From contig CAVVEU010000008.1 in NCBI GenBank assembly GCA_963747235.1, forward strand, positions 448,001-512,000: a stretch of 64,000 nucleotides of DNA, in the 5' to 3' direction. Positions 35,268 through 46,237 of this stretch are shown piece after piece. Source of the DNA: an uncultured Candidatus Rokubacteria bacterium (GTDB lineage: Bacteria; Methylomirabilota; Methylomirabilia; Rokubacteriales; CSP1-6). The translations under genes and the position numbers were made by a program. The notes beneath the pieces were generated by a model. The model was not told where the DNA came from, made no database searches, and saw nothing but the letters and a program-made list of their open reading frames with translations. Numbering within the stretch: the first letter of the stretch is position 1; each line of letters opens with the position of its first letter.

Positions 35268-36428
35268 GTGAACGGCGCCGAGGCGAGCCCGTGGCGCGTG
35301 CTCGCGGCCTCGACGGCGCTGAACGCGCCGATCGGCTCGCTCTACGCGTTCAGCGTGTTCCTGCAGCCGCTGGAGGCGCTGCTCGGGCTGACCCGGGCCG
35401 ACCTGGCGTTCGTCTTCGCCCTGGCCGCCGCCGCGTTCGGCGTCGGCATGATGCTGGCGCCGAGCCTCTACCGCGTCGCTTCGACTCCGCTGCTCGTGAC
35501 GGCCTGCGCGCTCACGAACGCGCTGGGGCTGGCGCTGGCCGCGACCGCGGGCGGGCTGACCCAGCTCGCGATCGGCTACGGGGTGCTCTTCGGGCTCGGC
35601 GGCGGCGCGGCCTACATCCTCGTGCAGCAGATGGTGAACCTGGCGGTGACGCGCCGCCAGGGCCTGGTCAACGGCTACATCGTGAGCCTGCTGCCCGCCG
35701 GCGCGATGATCGCGGCCCCGGTGTTCGGCTGGGCGATCCGCGCCTTCGGCGTGCGCGCCACCCTCGGCGGCTTCGCCGCGGTCCTGGCCATCACCGGGTT
35801 CGCCAGCGCGTGGCTGGTGGCCCATGCCGGTGTGGCCGTCTCGGCGGAGACCGGGAGCGTCACGCTGGACGCGGGCGAACGGCGCCGGGCGGTCTTCTGG
35901 CGGCTTTCGATCGTCTTCTTCCTGGCCGCCTCGGCCGGGCTGATGGTGCTGAGCCAGGCCGCGGGCATCATCGCCGCGTACGGCGGCGCGGCCGCGCTCG
36001 CGGTGTACGGCACCACGTTCATCACCGCCACCATCGCGGCCGCGCGCCTGGGCGGCGGGTGGATGGTGGACTGGCTCGCCATCCCCACCGTCGCGGCCGG
36101 CGCCCACGCGGTCGCGCTCGCCGGCAATGTCGCGCTGACCGTGTGGCCCGGGCCGCTGGTGTCCGTCTTCTCGCTGGCCCTGGTGGGGATGGGCTACGGG
36201 GTGATCTCGGGCGTGACCGCGGCCGCGGTCGCCGTCTACTGGCGGCGGGCGGTCTACGGTCGCGTGGCCAGCCGCGTCTACATCGCGTGGGCCGCGGCGG
36301 CCATCGTCCTGCCCATCATCGCGGGCCGCCTCTTCGACCTCACGCAGGGCTACGGCACCGCGGTGCTGATCGCGGCGGGGGCCAATGCGCTCGGCATTCT
36401 CGTGTCGCTCGGGCTGCCGCGGCGCTGA
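35268..36428 (+). CDS. MFS transporter (oxalate:formate antiporter-like)
   Basis: GSLYAFSVF, GYGVLFGLGGG, multiple hydrophobic helices, FDLTQGY. Confidence 0.85.
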   Translation: MNGAEASPWRVLAASTALNAPIGSLYAFSVFLQPLEALLGLTRADLAFVFALAAAAFGVGMMLAPSLYRVASTPLLVTACALTNALGLALAATAGGLTQLAIGYGVLFGLGGGAAYILVQQMVNLAVTRRQGLVNGYIVSLLPAGAMIAAPVFGWAIRAFGVRATLGGFAAVLAITGFASAWLVAHAGVAVSAETGSVTLDAGERRRAVFWRLSIVFFLAASAGLMVLSQAAGIIAAYGGAAALAVYGTTFITATIAAARLGGGWMVDWLAIPTVAAGAHAVALAGNVALTVWPGPLVSVFSLALVGMGYGVISGVTAAAVAVYWRRAVYGRVASRVYIAWAAAAIVLPIIAGRLFDLTQGYGTAVLIAAGANALGILVSLGLPRR

Positions 36429-36443
36429 GGTACTATCACCCCC

Positions 36444-37269
36444 ATGCCGACCACGCCCCGGCCGATCTCGCTCGCGCACCTGACCGTGCTGGACACGACG
36501 CCCCCCGAGCTGATCACGGTGGCGGCCGCCGCGGGCTTCCGGACCGTCGGCATCCGCCTGACCGCGACGCCGAGCGTGGGCGTCCCGCCGTACGACGTGC
36601 TGCACGAAGGCCCGATGCTGCGGGAGACCCTCCTGCGCTTGAAGGACACCGGCGTCTCCGTGCTCGACACCGAGTTCCTCCGCTTCGAGCCGGAGCACCC
36701 GATCGGCGTCCCGGAGGGCTTCCTGGAGGTCTCGGCGCGGCTGGGCGCGAAGCACGTGCTGGTCATGAGCGCCGAGCCGGAGGAGGCGCGCACGCTCGAG
36801 CGCTTCGGCGAGCTCTGCGACCGGGCGGCCCAGTACGGCCTGTCCGTCGGCCTGGAGTTCGCGGTCTACACGGGGGTCCGCACGCTCGCCCACGCCGCGC
36901 AGATGGTCGCCCAGTCGAAGCGGGCGAACGTATCGGTGGTGGTGGACGCGCTCCACTTCAGCCGGTCGGGCGGGCTTCCGGCGCACATCGGGCAGGTGGA
37001 TCGCGGCGCTGTTCCGCTACGCGCAGATCTGCGACGCGTCGGCCGACATGCCCGGGCCCACCGACACGCCGAACCTGATCCGCGAGGCGCGGACCGGGCG
37101 GCTGCTTCCGGGTGAGGGCGTGCTGCCGCTCCGCGAGCTGGTGGCGGCGCTCCCGGCCGGTATTCCCCTGGCGATCGAGGCGCCCTCCCGGGCGACCGCC
37201 GATCTGCCCGCGCTCGAGCGGGCCCAGCGCGCGTACCGGGCGCTGTCCGCCCTGCTGGCGCTGCGCTAG
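36444..37269 (+). CDS. Sugar phosphate isomerase/epimerase TIM-barrel protein (frameshift near 37005)
   Basis: SLAHLTV, GLEF, VDALHFSRSGG, YAQICDA, RLLPGEG. Confidence 0.85.
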
Positions 37270-38203
37270 CTGATCTCGACCAGCTCCAGGGCCTCGCGGC
37301 TCGGCCCCTCGATCATCACCGCCCGCGTGTCGCCGAGCGGGTAGGGCTCCTCGAGGAACCGCACGCCCTCGCCGCGCAGCTTGGCGACCCAGGCGTCGAG
37401 ATCGGTGACGCTCAGCGCGATGTGATCGTAGAGCTGGCCGCGCGTGCTCGCGAGCGGCCGGTCACCCTGGCGCACGTACCAGGGCAGGGCCACGTCGCCG
37501 AACACGACCGCGGCCGAGGGCGCCCGGAACATCCCGTCGCGATCCAGCGCCGGCCAGCTCCGATCGGGCCCGCGCGGCACCGTGCAGGTGGACTCGGTCA
37601 CCGGCGCGCGGCTGGCGCGCCCGGCATAGACCGGCGCGTTGAGATGGGTCTGGTACCAGAGCTGCGCGCAGAACGGATCGTCCTGGTAGAGGTGCACGTG
37701 GTTGAAGCGCTCGGCCGGGTGATTGCCCGCGTACTCCACGAGGGCGTCGTCGGGGCCGCGCATGTAGCCGAAGCCGCCGCTGCGGGTCGGCTCGGCGCCG
37801 GCGGCCCGCGCCTCGGCGATCTGCGCCTTCGTGAGCCCGGGCGTGGGTCCCTTGCTCGGCCACGTATCGCTGCTGACGAGGACCGACCCGCCTTCGTCTG
37901 TCGTGTAGAGCGGCAGGAGCTCGAGGTCGGGCCGCGCCTCGAAGGTCCGCGAGGCTGGCCCGCGTGTCCGGCACGTGCCAGCCGAAGTGCCAGATCGCGG
38001 TCTGGGGTGACGTGGCGGGCGGGGTCGCGACCCGGGTGAACAGGACCAGCACGTCGTTCGGCGCCGCGAGCGCCGGCCAGGCCGGCCCAGCGCGTCTTCG
38101 CGGAGGTCGGGAAGTGCCGGACGTAGAACTCGATCGCGGCGTCGGGGTCCACCGAGTTCAGGTGGAGATGGTGGAAGCCCGGGGCGGGAAGCATCTCACC
38201 CAT
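37266..38203 (-). CDS. VOC/glyoxalase family protein (frameshifts)
   Basis: FHHLHLNSVDP, IWHFGWHV, FNHVHL, YDHIALSVTDL, IEGPSREALELVE. Confidence 0.8.
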
Positions 38204-38833
38204 CCTCGCCGGCCTCCGCGGCCTCGGCCTTGGCCTGCTTCACGAGCTGCTCGATGACTTCATAGGGCTGCGCGCCCACGACGCCGCGGTGGCCCGCGAC
38301 GAAGGTCGGCACGCCGGTGATGCCGTACTGGCGCGAGAGCGCCCAGTCCCGGTCCACCGCGTCCTTGAACGTGCGCTTCTCCAGGACCTCGCGCGGCGCC
38401 CGCGACGGGCAGCCCCACCTCCGCCACGATCTCGAGGAGCACGGCCGGCTCGGAGATGTTGCGCGCGTCCACGAAGTAGGCGCGGAACATCGCGTCGTGG
38501 AAGGCCTCGCCGCCCGGCTGGGTGTCGGCCCACTTGCCCAGCTCCTGGGACAGGCGGCTGTTGTAGGTCATGGTGCGCTCGCCGTAGGGGAGGCCCTCGG
38601 CGTCCATGCGCGCCTTCATCTGCGCGTGCATGGCCTTGCGGTCCACGTTGCGGCCCCGGAAGAGCTCCTCGAGCGACTGGCCTTCCGCCGGGGTCTCCGG
38701 GTGCAGCGGGAAGTGCACCCACTCGATCTTCACGTTGTGCTCGACGCCGGAGCTTCTCAATACGCACGGTACTGAGATAGCACCAGGGTCAGACGTAGTC
38801 GGAGAAGACCTGGAGCGTGATGGGCTTGGTCAT
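38196..38833 (-). CDS. DsbA/FrnE-family thioredoxin-fold selenoprotein; in-frame TGA at 38791-38789 read as Sec (further indels near 38745 and 38400)
   Basis: RBS AAGGAGG; MTKPITLQVFSDYV-U-PWCY matches the FrnE SDxVCPWCY motif; FPLHPETP, AYFVD..NI, GITGVPTF, GAQP. Confidence 0.85.
38756..38776 (-). promoter_or_regulatory. Candidate bacterial SECIS hairpin of the DsbA-like gene
   Basis: Minus strand CTCAGTAC-CGTGC-GTATTGAG (8-bp stem with one G-U), starting 12 nt after the UGA. Confidence 0.7.
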
Positions 38834-39797
38834 GTTGCCTCCTTGACGAGCTTCTGCAGGCTTCGCAGGCCGGGCGGAATGCGGCTGGCCCTTGTAGCGA
38901 TTGCCCCAGTTAGTGTACGACACCTCGCCCACGTAGATGTCGCCGCGCGAGTCCACCGCGAGGCCGTGCGGGGAGACGAACTGGCCGGGCTCGAGGCCCG
39001 CGAGGCGGTCGCCGAGGCGCGCCAGCCGCTCGCCCCGATGACTGTAGATGCTGACCCGCGGGCCGATATTCGGGCACGTCGTAGTTGACGGGGAGCGCGC
39101 CGCCGATCTCGCCCACGTAGAAGCGGCCCTGGCCGCCGCGCTCCATGAAGAGGCCCGAGGGGCGGTGCATGTCGTGCCACTGCGTCTCGAACCGGCCGTT
39201 GCCGTCGAAGACCTGGACGCGGTGGTTCTCGCGGTCGGCCACGTAGACCCAGCCGTCGGCGTCACAGCAGATGTTGTGCGGGATATTGAACTGGCCGGGA
39301 TCGGTGCCGGGCTCGCCCCACGACGAGAGCAGGGTGCCGTCCGGCGCGTACTTGTGGATGCGCGCGTTGCCGTAGCCGTCGGAGACGTAGAGATCGCCCC
39401 GCGGCGAGAGCGCGGTGTGCGTGCAGCGATGGAACGGCTCGCCGCTCATGTAGGGCCGGGGCTTGCCGGGGATCCCGATGGTCAGGAGCACCTTGCCGTC
39501 GAGCGTGCAGTGGCGAACCGTGTGATCGCCGTCGTCGGTCAGCCACAGGGTGTCGTCGGGCGCCACGTGGACGCCGTGCGCGCGGTGGAAGACGCCTTCG
39601 CCCCAGGAGCGGAGGAAGTTGCCCTCGCGGTCGAGCACGACCATCGGGTGGGCGCCGCGGTTGAAGGCGTAGACCTGGTCCCGCGCGTCCACGCCGACCG
39701 CGGCCACGTCGGCGTTGAACTCCTGGCCCGGCGGCAGCTTGGCCCAGCGGTCGTCCACCCGGTAGCGATAGGCGCCGGTGCCCAGGATGGCCGGCAT
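38830..39797 (-). CDS. NHL-repeat beta-propeller protein, peptidyl-alpha-hydroxyglycine amidating lyase-like (frameshifts)
   Basis: VYAFNRGAHP, SWGEG..RAHG, YVSDGYGNARIHK, GQFNIPHNI, YVADRENHRVQVFD, PHGLAVDSRGDIYVGEV. Confidence 0.85.
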
Positions 39798-40751
39798 CAG
39801 CTGCTCCCGGGCCGCGCGCCTCGAAGATCGCGCGCGGGTTGCCCACGAGCATCTGCTGGATCTGCTCCTCGGCGACGCCCGCCTTGCGGAGCGCGGGCAG
39901 GATGTCGTCGGGGATGTGGTTGTAGTTCCAGAGCGGCCGGGTCCGGCGCTTGTCGTCCTCGGAGAGCATGTCGCTCCAGCAGTTGGCGTCGTGCGAGAGG
40001 ACCATGCGCCCGGCGTAGCCTTCCGCGCACAGGCGGGCGATGACCTCGACCCGCTTGGGCGTCGGCAGGAAGTGCTCGAGGCCGAAGCGGTCCATGCCGA
40101 TCGTGCTGCCCCGGTCCATGAGCCCGCGGAGGTAGCCCAGGTCCTCGCTGTCGCCGCTGTGGCCGATGATGACGCGGCGGAGATCCACGCCCTCCTGGGC
40201 GAAGATGGCCTGCTGCGCCTCGCCGGTCCGGCCCGCGGCCCAGGTGTGGGTCGAGATCGGCACCCCGGTCGCCTTCTGGGCCCGCGCGGAGGCGCGCAGG
40301 ATGTTCTCGATGACCGGGGTCACGCCCGCGGTGTCGGTGGCGCACTTGATGATGGCGGCCTTGACGCCGCTCGTCCCCGATGCCCTGCGGTGATGTCGCG
40401 GACGAAGAGATCGGCCACCGCGTCCACCCCGTGGCCGCTGAAGTACCGCTGCGGCATCCACCAGACGCCGGTGGCCACGATCACGTGGACGCGGGAGCGG
40501 CGGGCCACGTCCAGGATCAGGCCGATGTCGCGGCCCAGGTCCACGGTGGTCAGGTCCACGATCGCGCGGATGCCGCGCGCGTGGAGATCGGCCATCTTCC
40601 GCTCCGCCATCGCGAGGATGCCCGCGCGGTCCCAGAGGTGCGGCCAGTTCTCCTGCACCCCGGGCGAGCGGGTGACGATGTGCTCGTGCATCAGCGTGGC
40701 GCCGAGCTCGGCCGTGGCCACCGGCCCGAGGGCTGTCTCCACCGTGGTCAT
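39797..40751 (-). CDS. Phosphotriesterase/lactonase (Php) family protein (frameshift near 40380)
   Basis: [40 protein letters not shown]. Confidence 0.9.
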
Positions 40752-40762
40752 GCTGAGTTCTC

Positions 40763-41933
40763 CTATCCCGCGACCGCGCGCACGAAGCGCTCGACCTCGG
40801 TCTCGTCGTTGTAGTAGTGGACGCTGGCGCGGACCAGCGCGTCGAAGCCGCGCGCGGGCAGGTCGAGCCGCGAGGAGCGGGCCTGGGTGTGGGTGACGTT
40901 GATGTCCAGGGCCCGGAGGCGCCGGCGCGTGGCCTCCGGCGCCTCGCCCGCCTTGAGAAAGGTCACGATCCCGCACTGCTCGACACCCAGGTCGTGGACG
41001 GTCACGCCCGGCCGCTTCGCCAGCTCCCGCCGCAGCAGGGCGGCGAGCGCCTTGACGCGGGCCTCGATGGCCTCGATGCCCAGCGCCAGCGCGTAGCGCA
41101 CCGCCACCGCGAGGCCGATCTGGCCGGCCACGAAGCGCTCCCAGTTCTCGAAGCGCCGGGCGTCGTCGCGGAGCGTGTAGGTGTCGGCGTCGATCCAGGC
41201 CGCGGCCTCGAGATCGATGAAGGGCGGCTCCAGCGCGCCGATGGTGTCGCGCCGCACGTAGAGGAAGCCGGTGCCGCGCGGGCCGCGCAGGTACTTGCGC
41301 CCGGTGGCCGAGAGCATGTGGCAGCCGATGTGGCGGACGTCCACCGCGAGCTGGCCGACCGACTGGCAGGCGTCGAGCAGGTAGAGGATGCCGTGCCGCG
41401 CCGCGACCCGGCCCACCGCCGCGGCCGGGTTCACGAGCCCGCCCTGGGTCGGGCACGTGGGTGATCGCGATGAGCCGGGTGCGCGGCCGGATCGCGCGCT
41501 CGAGCGCGGCCACGTCGAGCTGCCCGGAGGCGTCGTCGTCCACCACGTCGATCTCGACGCCCGCGCGCCGCTTCATCTGGAGGAACGCGAGGTAGTTGGA
41601 CGCGTACTCGGCCCGCGCGGTGATGATGCGGTCCCCGGCGCGGAAGGGGATCGCGTAGAAGGCCATGTCCCAGGCGCGGGTCGCGTTCTCCACGAACGCG
41701 ATCTCGTCCGGCCCGGCGCCGATCAGCGCGGCGACCGCGTCGTAGACGTCGGCGATCCGGTCCGCGGCCTCCGCGGCGGCCTCGTAGCCGCCGATGGCCG
41801 CCTCGCGCTGCAGGTGGCCGATCACCGCGTCGAGCACCGGGCGCGGGGACAGGGCTGCGCCCGCGTTGTTGAAGTGCAGGACATTGGCGACGCCCGGCGT
41901 GTCGGCTCGGAGGCGCGGCACGTCGAGCGTCAT
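40763..41933 (-). CDS. Aminotransferase class V PLP enzyme, SufS/EgtE-like C-S or C-Se lyase fold (frameshift near 41452)
   Basis: [43 protein letters not shown] (PLP Lys), RASVHYYN. Confidence 0.88.
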
Positions 41934-42691
41934 CGCGCGCAGACCTCGAGCACCGGCTCCTCCGCGCGTACCGACGCCAGGACGACCGAATGGATCGCGG
42001 GCTCGCGCAGGAGGCACTCGGCCGTCTCGCGCGCCGGGGCCCGATCCGGGAGCGTGTCCACCTTGTTGATCAGGACGATGACGCGGGCGCCGGCGGGCAC
42101 GCCCTTCCGCCCGCCATCGGGATGGGCCAGGACCCGGGCCACGATCGCGGGGGTCACGCGTGCCCCCATCGGCGCGCCGCTGAGCGCGCTGACGAGCTCC
42201 GGCCGGTGCACGTGCTCGGCGTCCAGGGGTGCGCCGAAGACGTCGGCGCCGACCACGGGGACGACGAGGGTCGTCTCCGGCGGGATCACCGGCTCGTAGT
42301 CGGCCGGAGCCTTGAAGGGGCGCATGCGCGAGCCGTCGGCCTCGTTCAGGAGGCACACGTCCGGGAACCAGGCGCGCAGGCGCCGGAAGAGGTCGAGGGA
42401 GACGCCCTCGGCCTTGCCGCTGCCCGCCTCGGTCGGGCCGATGACGAGCACGTGCCCGTGGGCGGCCAGCGCGGCCGCGACGCGCTCCCGCGTCGCGTCG
42501 GCGGCGGGGACGTGGGCGGGCGCCAGCGCGATCTGCGCGCCGAAGATGCGGGTGGTCGTGGTGGTGATCGCGCGCCCGCCGCGGTCCACCATCTCGCGCG
42601 CCAGGCGAAACATGGCGGTGGTCTTCCCGCCGCCGCCCACCAGCGCGACGCTCTCGTCCGCCGTCATCCGGAGCGCGTCCGCCAGCGTCAT
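41930..42691 (-). CDS. yqeC: Selenium cofactor biosynthesis / Se-dependent hydroxylase accessory protein YqeC
   Basis: [56 protein letters not shown]. Confidence 0.85.
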   Translation of the reverse strand: MTLADALRMTADESVALVGGGGKTTAMFRLAREMVDRGGRAITTTTTRIFGAQIALAPAHVPAADATRERVAAALAAHGHVLVIGPTEAGSGKAEGVSLDLFRRLRAWFPDVCLLNEADGSRMRPFKAPADYEPVIPPETTLVVPVVGADVFGAPLDAEHVHRPELVSALSGAPMGARVTPAIVARVLAHPDGGRKGVPAGARVIVLINKVDTLPDRAPARETAECLLREPAIHSVVLASVRAEEPVLEVCAR

Positions 42692-44877
42692 CGACGCGCG
42701 CGGAAGCGGTCCAGGACATTGCGCAGGATGCGGGAGACATTGTTGTCGTAGCGGTTGTGCGACAGGCTGCCGCAGAAGGTGATGGAGCCCACCGCGAAGA
42801 CCGCGCCGCCGCCGGGCAGCTCGGCATAGGTCATGTCGGCCCGCAGGAGCCGGGCGGGCTTCTCGCCGGTGACCGTCGCCAGGTGCGAGAGCAGCTCCTC
42901 GGGCACCACGATGAAGCTCGGGCCGTGGCCCTCGGAGCTGGCCACCACGATGGCGCCCGCGGGCGTGCCGAGCGCGGGGTCCGCGCGGTCGAGCTCGAAG
43001 CCGGCCGCGCCGCCGCCCGAGAGGCCGAAGTCGCCGATCACCGCGTCCGTGACGCCGTCGAGGATCCAGGCCGCCTTCGGATCGTCCGCGCCGGGCTGGC
43101 GGCGATAGTACGAGCCCTCGAAGAGCCCTTGCCCGGAGAAGCCCACCGCGCCGATCCGCTGCGGCGGGCGCCCGTTGCGGCGCCAGAGGCCGCCGTAGGC
43201 GCCGTCGAGCGCGTGATAGTACTCGCCGGTCTGGGCGTCCCACGCCCGGATGCCGCCCTCGGCGCGCCGCACCTCGATGACGCCGGGCACCGCCGGGCTG
43301 GTGGCGATGCGCCAGTAGAAGCCGTTGCCGCCCAGGTAGACCAGCTTGCCGCCGCCGTCGAGATAGCCCTGGTGGGCGTCGAGCGTGCGCGCGGTGTGGT
43401 ACTCGGGGTGCGAGCCGGTGAGCACGGTCGCGTACGGCGCGAGCAGCGCCGCGCCCTCGGCCTCCACGTCCTCGTCGGTGACGACGTCGTACCGGATGCC
43501 CTGCATCTCGAGCCAGTCGAGCAGGTGGGTGTCCGCCGAGTAGTGGCGCAGGCCCGAGCCGCGCGCGTCGAAGAACGTGAGATAGCGGGGCCGGAACGTC
43601 AGCACGGGGCGCAGGCGCGACGAGTAGCAGATGCCGCTGCCGTCCCGGTGCCGGTTGTACGTGGACCAGCCGTAGTCGGGATGGCTGTCCGGGGTGTGGG
43701 GCGTGGCGCCCCACGCGGCGACCCGCTCGCGGTACGCGGCGTCCGTCGAGCCCCGCGCATGATTCGCGTAGGCCTGGTAGGTGTAGGTGGACGCGATGTA
43801 GAGGACGTCCGCGCTCGGGCGGCCGAGCGGCGGCCGCACGTAGAACGGCAGGTCGTCGGCGTGGCCCTCAGCGGAGAGGCGCATCAGGTAGGCGCCGCTC
43901 GGCAGGTCGTCCGGCACCGTGAGCTCGAAGTCGGTGGCCCATCCCGCGTCGTGGACGTCGTCGTCGTGGAAGTGGATGGCCGCGTACTCGCGCGGGGCGT
44001 GGCGCCAGCACATCTCGCGGCCCGTCCAGCGCGCCCCGGTGACCGCGCGCGTGGGCAGGTTCACGAGCCGCCCGCCGAGGCGATGCGGGCCCACGTCGGC
44101 GACGTCGAGCCCGTCGATGCCCCGGGAGAAATCCCAGCCCGCGATCAGATCCGCGGGCGGGAGCAGGGGATCGAGGACCAGCGTCTCCGGCGCGGCCGTC
44201 GCCGCGGCGAGCAGCAGCGGGTCCTCGATCTTGCCGTTGTAGTGCTCGCGCGCCTCGGGCGCGAGCCGCGCGCCGATCAGCAGCGGCGCCGCCGTGTCGA
44301 GCCGGGCCGCCGGCGGCAGCGGCGCCGACGCTTCCTCCCGGCCGCCGCCGGTGAGCGGAGCGTGGCCGACGCGCAGCGTGCCCGCGGCCGGATCGGCCAC
44401 GAGCCAGATCCGCTGCCACTGCCGCAGCGGAAGCGCCTGGCGGGTGGTCACGGTGATCGGCGCGCCGCCCGGCGCGCCGACGCGCGCGGTCACACCGCCG
44501 GGCCCGAGCGACAGGGCCCAGCCCGCCCGTCCGGTCTCGTCCCAGCGCGAGATCACGCACTGCTCGCGCCGGGCCGCGTAGGTCGGCCAGACCAGGGCGG
44601 TCACGGTGAGTGGCCCCGGCGTGCGCAGGGCCGCCGCCCCATCCACGCGCACGTAGGAGCCCTGGGCGAGCGGCTGGACGCGGGAGGGGCGCTCGATCGA
44701 GAACCGCGCGGCGAGATCCTCGATCTTCACGCCGGGCCCGGCCGGGTTCGGATCGGCGTGGATGACGCGCGCGAGGCTGGCGCGGTACGGCCCCGCCGCC
44801 GCGCTCGAGACCTTGAAGGCGATGCGCTCGCCGGGCGCGGCGGAGAGCCGGTCGCTATAGCCGGTGAGCGGGATCAC
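42688..44877 (-). CDS. N,N-dimethylformamidase large (beta) subunit family protein
   Basis: GYSDRLS, LamG-like domain, [52 protein letters not shown]. Confidence 0.88.
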   Translation of the reverse strand: MIPLTGYSDRLSAAPGERIAFKVSSAAAGPYRASLARVIHADPNPAGPGVKIEDLAARFSIERPSRVQPLAQGSYVRVDGAAALRTPGPLTVTALVWPTYAARREQCVISRWDETGRAGWALSLGPGGVTARVGAPGGAPITVTTRQALPLRQWQRIWLVADPAAGTLRVGHAPLTGGGREEASAPLPPAARLDTAAPLLIGARLAPEAREHYNGKIEDPLLLAAATAAPETLVLDPLLPPADLIAGWDFSRGIDGLDVADVGPHRLGGRLVNLPTRAVTGARWTGREMCWRHAPREYAAIHFHDDDVHDAGWATDFELTVPDDLPSGAYLMRLSAEGHADDLPFYVRPPLGRPSADVLYIASTYTYQAYANHARGSTDAAYRERVAAWGATPHTPDSHPDYGWSTYNRHRDGSGICYSSRLRPVLTFRPRYLTFFDARGSGLRHYSADTHLLDWLEMQGIRYDVVTDEDVEAEGAALLAPYATVLTGSHPEYHTARTLDAHQGYLDGGGKLVYLGGNGFYWRIATSPAVPGVIEVRRAEGGIRAWDAQTGEYYHALDGAYGGLWRRNGRPPQRIGAVGFSGQGLFEGSYYRRQPGADDPKAAWILDGVTDAVIGDFGLSGGGAAGFELDRADPALGTPAGAIVVASSEGHGPSFIVVPEELLSHLATVTGEKPARLLRADMTYAELPGGGAVFAVGSITFCGSLSHNRYDNNVSRILRNVLDRFRARR

Positions 44878-46226
44878 TTACGCGAGGAACTGCTCGCACA
44901 CCTCGAGCCAGGCCTGGGTGGTCAGGGCCAGGGATTCGACGTCGATGCGCTCGTCGTTGCCGTGGAAGCGGCCGGACATCGCCTCCGCGGTCAGCGTGCG
45001 CGAGAAGAGCCCGAAGCCGTAGGCCACCGCGCCCTTCTCGCGGAAGTAGGGCGCGTCGGTGAAGCCCGACGATCATCTTGGGCAGGAGCTTCGCGCCCGG
45101 GTAGTGCGCGTCCACCACGCGGCCCAGCACGTGCCAGAGCGGGGTCCCGGTGGGCGACATGGACGCGGGCTTGGAGAAGAGCTTCTCGACCTCGATCTCC
45201 TCGGCCAGGCCGCCCAGGGCCTTGTCCAGATGCCGGCGCACCTCGTCCTCGTTGTCGCCGGGGACGGTGCGGATGTCCACCTCGACGTCCACCGCGTCCG
45301 GGATCACGTTGGTCTTCACGCCGCCGTGGCAGACATTCGGCGAGAACGTGGTGTGGGTGGCCGACCACGAGAGCTTGGCGAGGGCGGGCGCGAGGCCTTC
45401 GATCGCCTCGTCCACGCGCGAGGGATCGGCGAGGGCTTCCTTCACCGCGGGGTCGAGGTGGAGCGTGTCCACGAAGGCCCGCCACAGCTCGTCGACATAG
45501 GGCGAGGGCCGGTAGTCGGCCAGGCGGCTCACCACCTGCGCGGCCTTGACCAGGGCATTGTTCGCGCCGTAGGGCATCGAGCCGTGGCCGGGCGTGCCCT
45601 TGACGCGCAGGCGGCGCCAGGCCACGCCCTTCTCGCCCACGTGCACGGTGACGTTGAGCTCGTCGCCCTTGGCTCCCGCGGCTCACGGTGCCGCCGTTCT
45701 CGGTCAGGCAGTAGTCCGCCTTGAGCGCGTCCCAGTGCCGCTCGACCACGTGCCCGGCGCCGAGGGTGCCGCCGGCCTCCTCGTCCGCGCAGGCCAGGTA
45801 GACCAGCGTGCCGCGCGGCCGCCAGCCGCGGCCGGCCAGCGTCTTGAGCGCGACGGCCTGCGAGGCGGTGAGGTTCAGCATGTCCACCGCGCCGCGGCCC
45901 CACACCTCGCCGTTGACGAGCTCGCCGCCGAAGGGATCGCGCGTCCAGGTCTTGGGGTTCACCGGCACCACGTCGGTGTGGCCCATGAGGCACAGCGTGG
46001 GCGCCTTCGGGTCGCTGCCCTCGATGCGGGCCACCAGGCTCGCGCGCCCCGGGGCGTGCGCGGGCTCGTAGACCTCGAGGTCGAGGCCGCTGCCCTCGAA
46101 ATAGCTGCGCAGCGTGTCGCTGTTGCGGGTCTCCTGGCCGGAGAGCAGGGTGCCGTCGTTCACGCACTGGTTGCGGATCATCTGCTGCAGCAGCTCCACC
46201 GTCTGTCCGGTCAGGGCATCGCTCAT
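44878..46226 (-). CDS. M20/M25/M40 metallopeptidase, ArgE/DapE-like (frameshifts)
   Basis: MGHTDVVP, VWGRGAVDM, ADEEAGG, GHGSMP, NVIPD, FHGNDERI. Confidence 0.9.
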
Positions 46227-46237
46227 GGATCGGTATC

